Source: Zygnema circumcarinatum SAG 698-1b (taxonomy: Eukaryota > Plantae > Zygnematophyceae). From it: a DNA stretch of 64,000 nucleotides. Where the stretch lies: positions 4,993,361 through 5,057,360 of the forward strand of contig CM074805.1 of NCBI GenBank assembly GCA_037447605.1, in the 5' to 3' direction. Both the position numbers and the translations under genes were made by a program. This document shows positions 11,925 to 22,924 of the stretch, one piece after another (position 1 is the first letter of the stretch; every line of letters begins with the position of its first letter). The notes under the pieces were generated by a model. The model saw nothing but the letters and a program-made list of their open reading frames with translations. It had not been told where the DNA came from and ran no database searches.

Positions 11925-11994
11925 GTCGAAGAGGGGATTTGAACCCCTTTATTACTGTTTTGCAACAGTTGCATAACCAATCCGCCACTTCGAC
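11925..11994 (-). ncRNA. tRNA-Cys-like element, copy 4
   Basis: Identical to copy 3; part of a 503-bp tandem repeat. Confidence 0.65.
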
Positions 11995-13947
11995 ATAATG
12001 GGGAGGGGGAGGAATAACATGCAATCATACACAACACAAGCATAGGCAAAGGAACAGGCAGCAGAAGAAGAAGAAGAAGAGGCAGCAGCAACAGCAGAAA
12101 AAGCAAGAGCAAAAAAAGCAGCAGCATAGAAAGCAGCAGCAACACCAACAGCTGCAGCAGGTGCTGCAACAGCAGTAGCAGCAGAAATAGCAAAAGCAGG
12201 AAAAGAAACACCACAAAAAGCTGCAGCAGCATCAACAGCAGCAGCAGCAACAGCAGCAGAAACAGCAGCACAAAACAAAATATGGTATACAAGGTATTCA
12301 AAATTTTGAAAGAAACTCAAAAAACAAAAAAAAAACAACTAAGATAAATAACCACAAATATTTTACATCAAATGCACAAACACAAACACTATATATGAAT
12401 CAAAATAAACAAATGAAAANNNNNNNNNNAGAAGACTGAGGCAAAGGCAACATAGCAAGGGGCAAAGGCAAAGGATGTCGGGGCAGGGGCAAGGGAGGTA
12501 AAATACGGAACGTGGAATGCGGAATGCGGAATGATGAATGAAGCAACAATACAAATAAAACAAAACCTACAGCAGCATTAGCATAAAAGCAAGAGCAAAA
12601 AAAGCAGCAGCATAAAAAGCAGCAGCGACATCAGCAACAGCAGCAGCAACATCAACAGCAGCAGCAGGAGCTGTAGCAGCAGCAGCAGGATAAGAAGCGG
12701 TTGGAGCTGCAGCAGTAGCAGCAGAAACAGCAGCAACAGCAGTAGCAGCGGCAGCAGCACAACACAAAAACAATAGCAGAAACAGCAGATGAAGAAGAAG
12801 AAGAGGCAGCAGCAGCAGCAAAAAAACCAAAAGAAAAAAAGCGCCAGCTTAAAAAGCAGGAGCAACATCAACAACAGCAGCATAAAAAGCAGCAGCAGCA
12901 GCAGTAGCAAAAAGAGCACCAATGGAGACAAGGGGGGCATGAGCAAAGGCGAGGGAGGCAGGGGCAGGTGCAAGAGCACAGGAGGCAGGGGCAAGGGAAA
13001 GGGAGGCAGGGGGAAGGGCAGAGAAGGCAGGTGCAGAGGCAAGGGCAAGGGAGGCAGGTGCAAGGGCACGGGAGGCAGGGGCAAGGGTAAGGGAGGCAGG
13101 GGCAAGGGCAAGGACTCACCGCTGCTCAAGTCCGCCGTCGTCCCTAAAAACCGATCGCGCTTTTGCCGTGGTCGACGGCACACCGCTCACCGTTCACCGT
13201 TCACTGGGGTGAGGCGAGAGGACGCTCTGCTCACTCCGCTGCAAGGATGGCGAGGGCGATGGCGAGGGAGGAGCCCTATACCCTAAACCCGAGCTGATCT
13301 GAGCTCGCAGCGAGCGAGCAGGTGGGCAGGCGGCGGCCGCGAGGCGCCGCGGCGGGACGCCGCTCGCGCGGTGGTGACGCGCATGGCGACAAAACGGAGG
13401 GCGGCGGGCGGCGGGCGGCGGAGGGAGCGCGTGGGGCCGAAAAGGGGGGAGTCAAACCTGGCCCGGAGATACGGAGGCAAAATAATTGCTCTCTGGAATT
13501 CGTGACGCCCGAGCCTGTCGAACGTCCACTTTTCGCGGAATTGGGCTGCCGTACAACGCGGAATTAGGGTCGGGGGTTTTCTGAATTGATTTGGCGCTGG
13601 TCTAAGTCTGACTCCCCCTATTGGTCTAAGATTCCGAGTTTTAGAAAATTTTTAGAACTTACGTACGACCAGTAAAATTGAACGACACGTACGGGCGGAC
13701 TGTCGGCAAATTGGCGCTGGCGATTGTAAAAGCGTTATAGAAAAGTTTAATAAAACGGCCAGACTTTTAGGACTTTTGGTTGGAATTCTCGTACACGACA
13801 CTGGGTTCTTATCCGCTAGCGAGAAAAACCGTATGGCGAAATTGGGGCCGGTGTTAACCAGATCCCTCGTGTTGCCCAGATCCGACGTGGCAAAACCTGA
13901 AATCCACACGTGTGACCGACCATATTGAGCCTTTGAAGTCATATTTT

Positions 13948-14888
13948 GGGTAGTGATATTTCCACCCCTTTTTTGGATCCAAACACCCCTTCCCGGCCGG
14001 GCAGATTTCAAAAAGGATTAAAAACGGAAAATGCTTTTTCACACCTTTTTGGAATCGATACCCACCCTCCATCGGCAGATTTTATTTTTGCGAAACAAGG
14101 AAAATGATAACCCGTCACCCCATTTTGAATATCCCGCCTACCTGAATTTTTTTCACGCTTGCGGTCAATCGCAGCCGTCGATTCCCTCGCAGATCGCAAC
14201 ACGGCAGATCACTATTTGATCTGCAGCCGGGCTCGGTCACAGCGAATGGCACGTGCCCACGTATCCCGCCAAACTCGTCTCAAAAGCTTGTCCGTACAAA
14301 TGTCGTACGGTCGCAACTTGAGAAACCCAAAATTTCGTACATTGAGACCAATCAAAATTTTCCACGTCAAAAATGTAACACGTGGCAAATGTTGATTGGC
14401 TGAGAGCTGACAATGAACGAGATCTCGGGCCGAGGGAAGCGCGCACTCGCTGTTGCGATCCGGCTTTGGCGGGACTCGTGGGCGCTTTCCATTCGCTGAG
14501 ATCGAGCCCGGCTGCAGATCGAACGGTGATCTGCAGTGGTGCGATCTGCGAGGGAATCGACAGCTGCGATTGACACACACGTGTGAACGACGGACACCCG
14601 CGAACGATCTCGTGGCGGACGGATCTTCCGCTCCGAGCGGATTCGGGCAGGCAGATATTTCTTTTCCTCAAAAAAAAAAATTTAGGGAGGCGGAATACAG
14701 TATTCAAAATGCGGTGACGGAGTATCATGTGCCTTGGTTAGCAAAAATAAAATCAGCCGACGGAAGAAGGTGGGTATCGATTCCAAAAAGATGTGAAAAA
14801 AGCATTTTCCGTTTTTAATCCCTTTTGAAATCTGCCCGGCCGGGAAGGGGTGTTTGGATCCAAAAAAGGGGTGGAAATATCACTACCC
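13948..14888. mobile_element. 941-bp Mutator-like non-autonomous element with long (~300 bp) imperfect TIRs and a perfect 8-bp TSD
   Basis: Ends GGGTAGTGATATTTCCACCCC...GGGGTGGAAATATCACTACCC; CATATTTT at 13940-13947 and 14889-14896; inverted similarity continues to ~14270/14470. Confidence 0.9.
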
Positions 14889-17800
14889 CATATTTTTACC
14901 TTTTTCGCTTTGTCAAATTGATTGTTCGGACCTCTCGTGTTCCCTGTTCAACCCCTCTGGGGCCGCGGCCGCCCTCGCTCGCTCGGCGGCCCGCGCCCTC
15001 GTCAAGATTCGTCAAGATTCGAAAGCGGTAGCGACTCTGACAGTGAGATCCTGTAAGCGAGGCCGATCTCGACCGTACAGCGCGCGGCTACGAAGGATGT
15101 CGGCGGGCAGTCGCGGGGCGGGCGCGGCGGCGCATGAAGGCGGCGGGTGGCGCGGACACAGCGGCTAACGTGCGGGGCGGAGCGGCGGCCATGGCCATGG
15201 CTCTGCGAGCGCTCGCTCTCCTCCTTGCCGCAGCGGCGGCGGCGGGGGTGGCGGCCGCAGGCGACAGGAAGGTAGGTTAGCAGAGCCGTTCTCAGCCACC
15301 GCTGCTTGCGGCTCCTCTCTTCCTCTTCACTTCTCGAGCAGGATGGAGGGCGGGGAGGGGCGAGGAGAGCAGAGGAGCAGCGGTCCATTGTAGTGTTGAA
15401 AGCTAGAAATAACTAGGCATATCTTGGTAGGAGAGCAGTGAGTGGCGAAATGTGCTCCGGCGAGGTAGGGAATGTGCGGCAAGCGGACCAACTGCGGGGG
15501 GGCGCCATCCATGGCGGGCACATGGCTGGGGGTGGGTGGGCGGCAGGTGTACATAGTGCGGCTGAACGGGCAGGCGGTGCCCCTAGCGGCTCGGCGCGAC
15601 CCCTCGCTGCGGACCTCCGCCGCGCGGAGGGAGGCGTACCGGAGGGGGCTCGTGGCGCGGCACGACCGCGTGCTGGCGGGGGTCGACGTCACGTCAGTGC
15701 CGGCCTGCCTGCCTGCCGCGCGCTCTCACTTGCTCATGCTTAATACTAGGCTCTCGTCTATGCCAATTTCCTTATAATTTTTTTCTTTTTTTTTTATTTG
15801 GGTTTTTACTCATATTTTTTTCATTGAATCGCGACACTTCGGGTAGCTTTGATTGAGAACCTATAATTCTCTATAATTAAATGAGGATAAATAATTTCTT
15901 TTTTTTTCGCAGTGCAAAGTCGAAGCTGTACAGTTACGACCACGCCATGGACGGCTTCGCGGCGGAGCTGACGGAGCAGCAGGCCAAAGCTCTCAAAGGT
16001 GAGAAATCATCGTCCGCTTTGCGGGCTTGCCAGGAGACATTTAAGGGCGTGCGAAAGGGCGCGAAAGGAAAAGAGATGAGTGCGAAAAAGCCTCCTTTGA
16101 TTCGTGTCAAGTGATCTGTCTTATTTTTTTCCTTGTATGAACCGCGCACGCGTGCAGGGGTTGCGGGGGTTCTGTCCGTGGCGGAGGACACTCACATTCA
16201 AGTCAACACGTTTTACAGTCCGACCTTCCTCGGCCTGACCCAGTCCGCCGCCAGCTCCCCGCCCGGCCTGTGGACCTCTTCCATGGGGAGTGGAGTCGTG
16301 GTCGGAATGATTGACACGGGTCAGCAGCTCGCCATAATTTTTTTTTTTTTTTTTTTTTTCAACACCGGATTCAGCCCGTCAAATCGATCAGTGTCACATA
16401 TGATTTTTTTTTTTTCTAACTTTCCTTCATGTTCGTTGAATGTTCGCCCGCCCTTCCAGGCATATGGCCGGAAGCCCCGAGCTTCAACGATACGGGTTTC
16501 CCTCCGCCTCCTGCAAAGTTCAAAGGCATCTGCCAAGCAGGATACAACTTCACTAACACCACTTGCAACAGGTGCGCGGTTGGAAGTCTCAGAAAACCAG
16601 CAAGTCCTCGAACAAAAGGTTGGGCTGAACTACTGAACAAGTGAGTGAATGCGCAGTAGGAGCTTACAAGGCTGTGAGCCTCGCCTCCGTTGGCAGGAAA
16701 ATTATCGGAGCTCGATTTTACTGTTCGGGCTACGAGAGCGGGAGGGGCCAAAACCTGAGCAACGGAGCATACGGCGAATTTCGATCCCCGCGGGACTCGC
16801 ACGGCCATGGCACCCACACGGCCTCGACCGCCGCCGGATCGACGGTGGACGCGATCGTTGGGAGCGCGAACTTTGGGAAGGCGCAGGGGCAGGCCCCCAT
16901 GGCGCAGATCTCCGTCTACAAGGTACGCGCGCAGCCAGCAGGCGGCGCGACGTGAACCGTGGCTCTCCGCACTAAGGGGACGTGCTTACTTTGATGGGTC
17001 CTGTGAATGGCGGAAAATTCTTGCCGGGAATTTCTGCAGGAGTATTTGGAGGTTGTGGTTTTAGAGTTTGTCAGTATAACAATGTCTTTTCCGTCTGTGC
17101 AGGTTTGCTTCGGCACATCTGCAAGTGGCGGGAACACTTGCTACGGCAGTGACATCACGGCGGGCATGAATGCGGCAATCAGTGACGGCGTGGATGTGAT
17201 CTCCGTCTCCTTGGGGGGCAGCAGCGCTCCCTATCCCTTATCGGACTCCATTTCAGCGGGGGCTCTTTCTGCAATCCAGGCCAACATAGTGACGGTCGTG
17301 TCGGCGGGAAACTCGGGCAGCGCGGTGAGGACAGTGGCGAATGTGGCCCCGTGGATGCTCGTGGTGGCGGCGGCGACATTCCCAAATGGCGGCGACGCTG
17401 TCGGGGGGCAGGGAGGCAGCGCAACCAAGACCATTGTTCTGGGTAATGGGGCGTCTTATAACGTGAGTTCGAAGCAGCACTCCACTCACTGTTTCCCCGT
17501 CGTAGACTAATGCTCGACCTTCTCATTTTGTGATGCTGATAATCTGGATGTACATGTTTTAGGGATTTCAAAAGCCTGTCTCTAAAACGAGGCTGTTTAT
17601 TTGTACGTTCCAGGGTTATGCGTATACTGCTGGAACTGGACCGGACCTCTTGCCCCTTATTTATGCCCAACAAGCAGGCCTTCCAGGCGTTGCAGCAACG
17701 GATGCCGGGTAATATTATACTCATCCACACTGTGCAAATGTGAACGTGTACTCTTTCTCTTCGAACATTCCTTTTCTTTACGTTGGTGATTGCATAAGAA

Positions 17801-18728
17801 TGGTGTGTGACCCGTTCCTTTTCATTCCTCTCGCAGCTTGTGCCAGAATGGCACACTCGACCCCGTTAAAGTGACTGGAAAGCTCATAATCTGCGACTTG
17901 GACTCTTCCAACACGATCCTTCTGGGCTATGTGGCGAAGCAGGCGGGGGCGGCTGGCTTGATCCTGCTAGGCGCTCCAAAATTGGAGTACCATCTGCTCC
18001 CAGCAATTCATACCCAATCTTATGCTGCATCGCCCATACTTATTTACGCAACAACGGTGGCGTGAGTTTGACCCGCCTTCCATTTTGTAGTCATTGTTTT
18101 CAAAGTTGACCTTTGTGCAGCCACGGAAGCCCTCCGGTGCTCAGTCTGAGTTGATCGTTCATTGTCACGTGTGTGATTTGATAATGAAATGGTCCTAATG
18201 AGAGGGCCATGCTTTCATGCCTTTTTGACAGGAATGCGAGTGTACGAATCAGTGAAATGACTGTGCCGGTGGGATCCCCCCCCAACTCACCACCTTCAGT
18301 GGCCGGCTTTTCATCGAGAGGCCCAAATCCTCTGGTTGATAATATGAAGGTACGCTTGCATGATTGAAGTGTGCACTGTCCGCTGTGTTCGAACCATCGT
18401 TGTTGCTACTGTGTGTGTGCTATGCGTGGCCCAACCACTCTGTCATCATTCGAAGTTCAAACTGTTGGTTCTATAAGCACAGCTTCTTCTCATCTGCCTC
18501 CAATGTCTCGTTTGTAGATACGAGTGTCTGCGGCTTAGTAGATACAGTTTCTTTTCTGTCATGGTGTGCGTGACTTATCTGTTGGTCAGCTTACCTGCCA
18601 AACTTGGACTTTCTTGAAGCTACAGACAGCATTCAGGCTTGGCGACTCATGGAGGACATGTGTTGTTGGCCGCAGCTAACACTCGTCGCTGTCGCGCTGT
18701 GCAGCCTGACGTGGCAGCACCAGGATCT

Positions 18729-19148
18729 TGTTAGTGTACATTAGTTAGTGGTACATAGTTAATGAGTGCATGTGTTTGTTTGGAGTCTAGAAGGGCTAGG
18801 CGGTAGAGCTAGGGTCGAGCTATCATCAAGCTAGGAGTTCAGAGGTGTACATGAGACACCTGAGGCGCGAGTCACGGGAGGCCGTCGGAACAAGAGTCCG
18901 TACCGAATGTGAACGGCCGGCTGTGTGGCGACGGAGTTCGAAATGACGCGCAGTGACGTGACGTGGCGCGGCGCGCAACTAAAGGCGTGTGACGTGACAG
19001 GCGCGAAACGAAGGCGCATGACGTGACAGACGCGTGGCGAAATCAGCGCTTAGTGTGTGCTAGTGCGCCCTTAGTGTGTGCTAGTGCGGGGTTGGTAGTC
19101 GCCCATGGTTGTTGCTTTGGGCGAAGTATAAGTTGAGAGGGAGAAATT
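18729..19148 (+). repeat. 5' LTR (visible 420 bp, truncated by gap)
   Basis: I find no differences from 20923-21342 by eye. Confidence 0.95.
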
Positions 19149-19158
19149 NNNNNNNNNN

Positions 19159-20906
19159 AAGAGAGACTGAGAAACCTTCTTACACAGGGCCATTGAGGAG
19201 GAGTGCTCGACCTACCAAGCAACCTGGCTGGTTGGCCGACTTCCACCAACAACCCTCTTGGAAGATGACGAGAAAGAAGAAGGTTAGGACACCTAGTGAC
19301 TCGGCTGATTTTGCAGGCATAGCAACCTGCATGATGGCGCACATTTCAGAACCTCAAAGCTATGGAGAAGCTGTGCAAGGTGAGGATTCTGAAAAGTGGA
19401 GGGTGGCCATTGATAGTGAACTTAGCAGCCTGGAGGAAAATGGAACGTGGAGATTAGAGGAGCTTCCTAAGGGTAGGAAAGCTATTGGCTGTAAATGGGT
19501 ATTCAAGGTGAAGCGCAAGGCGGATGGGAGCGTGGATCGCTTCAAGGCTAGGCTGGTGGCAAAGGGGTATAGTCAAAAGGAGGGGATAGATTACTCGGAA
19601 ACCTTTGCACCAGTGGTAAAGTTCAACTCTCTTCGCTCACTCATTTCCATTGCAGCAGCTGAGAAGATGCATGTCCATCAGCTTGATATTAAGACTGCAT
19701 TTCTCTATGGGGATCTTAGTGAAGAGATCTATATGGAGCAACCGGAGGGCACGGTAGTAGCAGGCAAGGAGCACCTTGCAGCGGTGGCCAGTGAAGAGCC
19801 TTGTACGGGCCTGCCAGGCACCCCGACTGGGTACCAAAGATCACATCTTTATGGAGGAGGGATACAAGCGCTTCCAATCGGACCACTCAGTCTACAGCAA
19901 AGGTACCGGGAGAGAGCTTTTGTATGTGGGCATTTACGTTGATGATCTGATCATTATTAGTTCTTCCATGGAAAGCATTCAGAGTCTGAAGGACTTGATG
20001 AAGAAGAACTTTCAGATGTCAGACTTAGGGGAGGCCCAATACTTATTAGGAATTCAGCTCAAGAGGGGGCCAGATGGCAGTTTGTTCCTTAGTCAAGAGA
20101 AGTATGCAAAGGATGTCTTGGCTAAATTCAGAATGGACAAGTGCACTCCATGCACAAGTCCCATGGACCCTTCCCAGAAACGGGCTTTTCACGCGTCACC
20201 CCAGTCACGCGAAGAAGGGNANNNNNNGNNNNCNNNNNNNNNNNNNNCNGCCATCGGAAGCTTAATGTACTTGATGATAGGCACAAGGCCAGACTTGGCT
20301 AAGGCAGTTAGCACAGCGAGCAGGTACATGGAATTTCCAGGGGAGAGGCATTGGGAGGCCGTCAAGAGGATCTTCAAGTTCCTGAGGGGAACTGTTGACT
20401 ATGGGATCAAGTTTGAAGCCGGGAATGGAAGTGAGGTATATGGTTATACGGATGCAGATTGGGGAGGCGACGTAGATACAGCGAGATCTACCTCTGGCTA
20501 TGCATTCATGAACAGCGGAGGAGTGGTGACTTGGAGCTCCAAGCTCCAGGATTCAGTGGCACTCTCAAGTACTGAAGCTGAGTACATGGCAGCGTGCCAT
20601 GCGGCCAAGGAAGCAGCTTGGTTGCAGCAGTTCTTTGAAGAGTGTGAGAGGAATCAAACTCCCTTGCAGCTGTTTACAGATAACCAGTCCTCAATGACTT
20701 TGATGCAAAATCCAGTTTTTCACAAGAGGTCAAAGCACATAAGAATTCAGTATCATTTTGTGCGTGAGCTTGTGGTTGAAGGAAGAATAGCTGTAGCTTA
20801 TGTTGGCACGAAAGACCAGGCAGCAGACATGCTCACAAAAGGGGTCAATGGAGAGACGTTGTGGAAAAACAGCATGCTCTTAGGATTGGGGCCTCAAAGG
20901 AACTAA
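19159..20906 (+). CDS. Copia pol fragment (RT + RNase H) with apparent frameshift(s) near 19770-19850
   Basis: ORFs 19109-19942 and 19776-20906 carry consecutive RT/RNase H motifs in different frames. Low-quality bases at 20220-20250 suggest that some indels could be sequencing errors. Confidence 0.93.
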
Positions 20907-20922
20907 GTACCAAGAGGGGGAG

Positions 20923-21690
20923 TGTTAGTGTACATTAGTTAGTGGTACATAGTTAATGAGTGCATGTGTTTGTTTGGAGTCTAGAAGGGCTAGGCGGTAG
21001 AGCTAGGGTCGAGCTATCATCAAGCTAGGAGTTCAGAGGTGTACATGAGACACCTGAGGCGCGAGTCACGGGAGGCCGTCGGAACAAGAGTCCGTACCGA
21101 ATGTGAACGGCCGGCTGTGTGGCGACGGAGTTCGAAATGACGCGCAGTGACGTGACGTGGCGCGGCGCGCAACTAAAGGCGTGTGACGTGACAGGCGCGA
21201 AACGAAGGCGCATGACGTGACAGACGCGTGGCGAAATCAGCGCTTAGTGTGTGCTAGTGCGCCCTTAGTGTGTGCTAGTGCGGGGTTGGTAGTCGCCCAT
21301 GGTTGTTGCTTTGGGCGAAGTATAAGTTGAGAGGGAGAAATTTGAGACTTAACCCTGAGTGTAGACTGCGAGAAGCAGTAGGTGTAGCTTGCCGGAATGT
21401 GGTGGAGCCTCACAGCTTGAGGGTGGTAGTCTTGTAGTGGAGTAGAGGTGCAGGGGAGGGGCTCTTGCTGCACGCTTGTACTTCAATCTGAAAGTTAAGA
21501 GTTTTAGGCCGTTGTGCTTTCTCTTAATTCATTTCTTTCTGTTCTGTCTTTCATTCTTTGCTTGGGGCTGTTTTAAGCTTTGTGAGTGAGATCTTGTGCT
21601 TCCGCAAAGGTGGCGTCTCCTAGTCCTAGGCGTGGAGAGATGTCCTCATCAGAGGCATCCTCCAGCAGGTCAGGGGGCACCGTTTCAACA
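20923..21690 (+). repeat. 3' LTR, 768 bp
   Basis: Starts TG immediately after the PPT and ends CA before the TSD. Confidence 0.95.
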
Positions 21691-22924
21691 GATCTCACGT
21701 CTTTGCTGCATACAAACCCCAACGCGTGTACGGCGCTCTCTCGACGGCCTTAGACCCGCGGCAAACAATGTGGACGTTCATGTCCGGCACATCCATGGCC
21801 TGCCCGCACGTGTCTGGAATTGCTCTGCTGCTGCGCTCAATACGGCCCACTTGGTCTGCTTCGGCCATCTCCTCCGCAATCTCAACCACCGGTAAATAAG
21901 GAACCCTAGTTGGAAGACGAGCAATCGTGAAATTCGTGATTTTTTCGGATCATTGAAAGGAACACATCGCTAGCAAGGATGATCATAGAGGATGGTCAAA
22001 ATGCGTTGCAGAGGTGGAGCCTTCTATCACCGTTCATGGCGGAAGACTTCTGAACGCATTCTCAAGACACTTTTAACGCATGTTGTTCATACTTGTTCAT
22101 CTTATCAGTTTGTTGCGTGCTATGTCACTCGCAGCTGCGGCGCTGAGCGGTAACACGAACGACTATGGCAGCGGGATGGTTCGCCCCAATTACGCAGCGA
22201 ACCCGGGACTCGTGTATGAGACAGGGCCATGCGACCACGCCCTTCACGTGTGTTCCTTTTACTCTAACTACACGGCATATTACTACACCGGCTGCTATTG
22301 TCCGTCCAAATTCGAGGCATTCGATTACAACGCCCCTTCTCTCATGATGACTGGTGTTACCAGCAGCGGATTCACCACAGTCCGGCGCGTCACAAACGTG
22401 GGCCCTGCTGTCTCAACCTACACAGTCTCCATCAGCCAGCCACGAGGAGCTGTTGTGACAATCACCCCCTCTGTACTTTCGTTCAATGCCAGCAACCAAG
22501 TGCTTTCATTCACCATCAGTGTCAAGGGAACAGTAAACACAAACGATTCCAGTACCGGTGAGTTAACACGTGCACAACGAGAACTCGTGTTGGTCCTGTT
22601 ATTTGTGCTCCATCCAAGTCAGTAGCTGTTCTTTGAGATCCATGAGTTTATTCTGAGGGAACATATCGTTCAAGTTTTATCATATAAGTCTATCCCCAAC
22701 CAAATACTTGTACTGCTTGCAAATTTAGCAGCTGATTTCCGGTTCATGATTGCCACTGTAGTCAACTTTGGAAAAGTACGTACTGGCCTCACTTCCTGAG
22801 CTGCGTCAAAACTCTTGACATCTGCAGGAGATTACGCACTGGGACTGTGGAATTGGACGTCAACAGATGGCCAGTACGTTGTCAAAAGTCCCATCTTGGT
22901 GAATGTCATTGGAATCACAGGCCA

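Larger units (their letters stand above)
11320..12419. repeat. 503-bp tandem repeat (two copies plus a partial third) ending at an N gap
   Basis: Fixed 503-bp offset, e.g. 11422 vs 11925 and ORF duplicates 11355/11858. Confidence 0.9.
7949..13619. mobile_element. 5.7-kb non-autonomous TIR element (AGGGGGAGTCAGAC family) with a large imperfect internal inverted repeat
   Basis: 27-bp TIRs AGGGGGAGTCAGACCTTGACCATCGCC vs AGGGGGAGTCAGACTTAGACCAGCGCC (rc), about 23/27 identical. Internal segments mirror each other (8180-8340 vs 13100-13400; 9300-9610 vs 11320-11560). No transposase ORF. Flanks AAT/ATT are not an exact TSD. Contains two N gaps. Confidence 0.75.
18729..21690 (+). mobile_element. Ty1/copia LTR retrotransposon; internal gag-PR-INT region collapsed in an N gap
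   Basis: TGTTAG...TTTCAACA ends; 5-bp TSD GATCT (18724-18728, 21691-21695); PPT AAGAGGGGGAG at 20912-20922; copia RT/RNase H motifs (RFKARLVAKGYSQKEGIDY, HQLDIKTAFLYG, YVDDL, GYTDADWGG, SSTEAEY, KHIRIQYHFVRE, QAADMLTK). Confidence 0.97.

Noticed and set aside
9399-12419. Copy number (four) of the tRNA-like unit as a biological amplification
   Set aside because: Both tandem duplications touch N gaps and are near-identical, so only one copy per arm is secure.
9399-12419. CRISPR-like or other prokaryotic repeat-spacer array
   Set aside because: Repeats are long tandem duplications or microsatellites without unique spacers; the context is eukaryotic with spliceosomal introns.
19770-19860. Programmed frameshift in copia RT
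   Set aside because: Several indels in a conserved RT segment of a low-quality stretch; decay or sequencing error is more likely.
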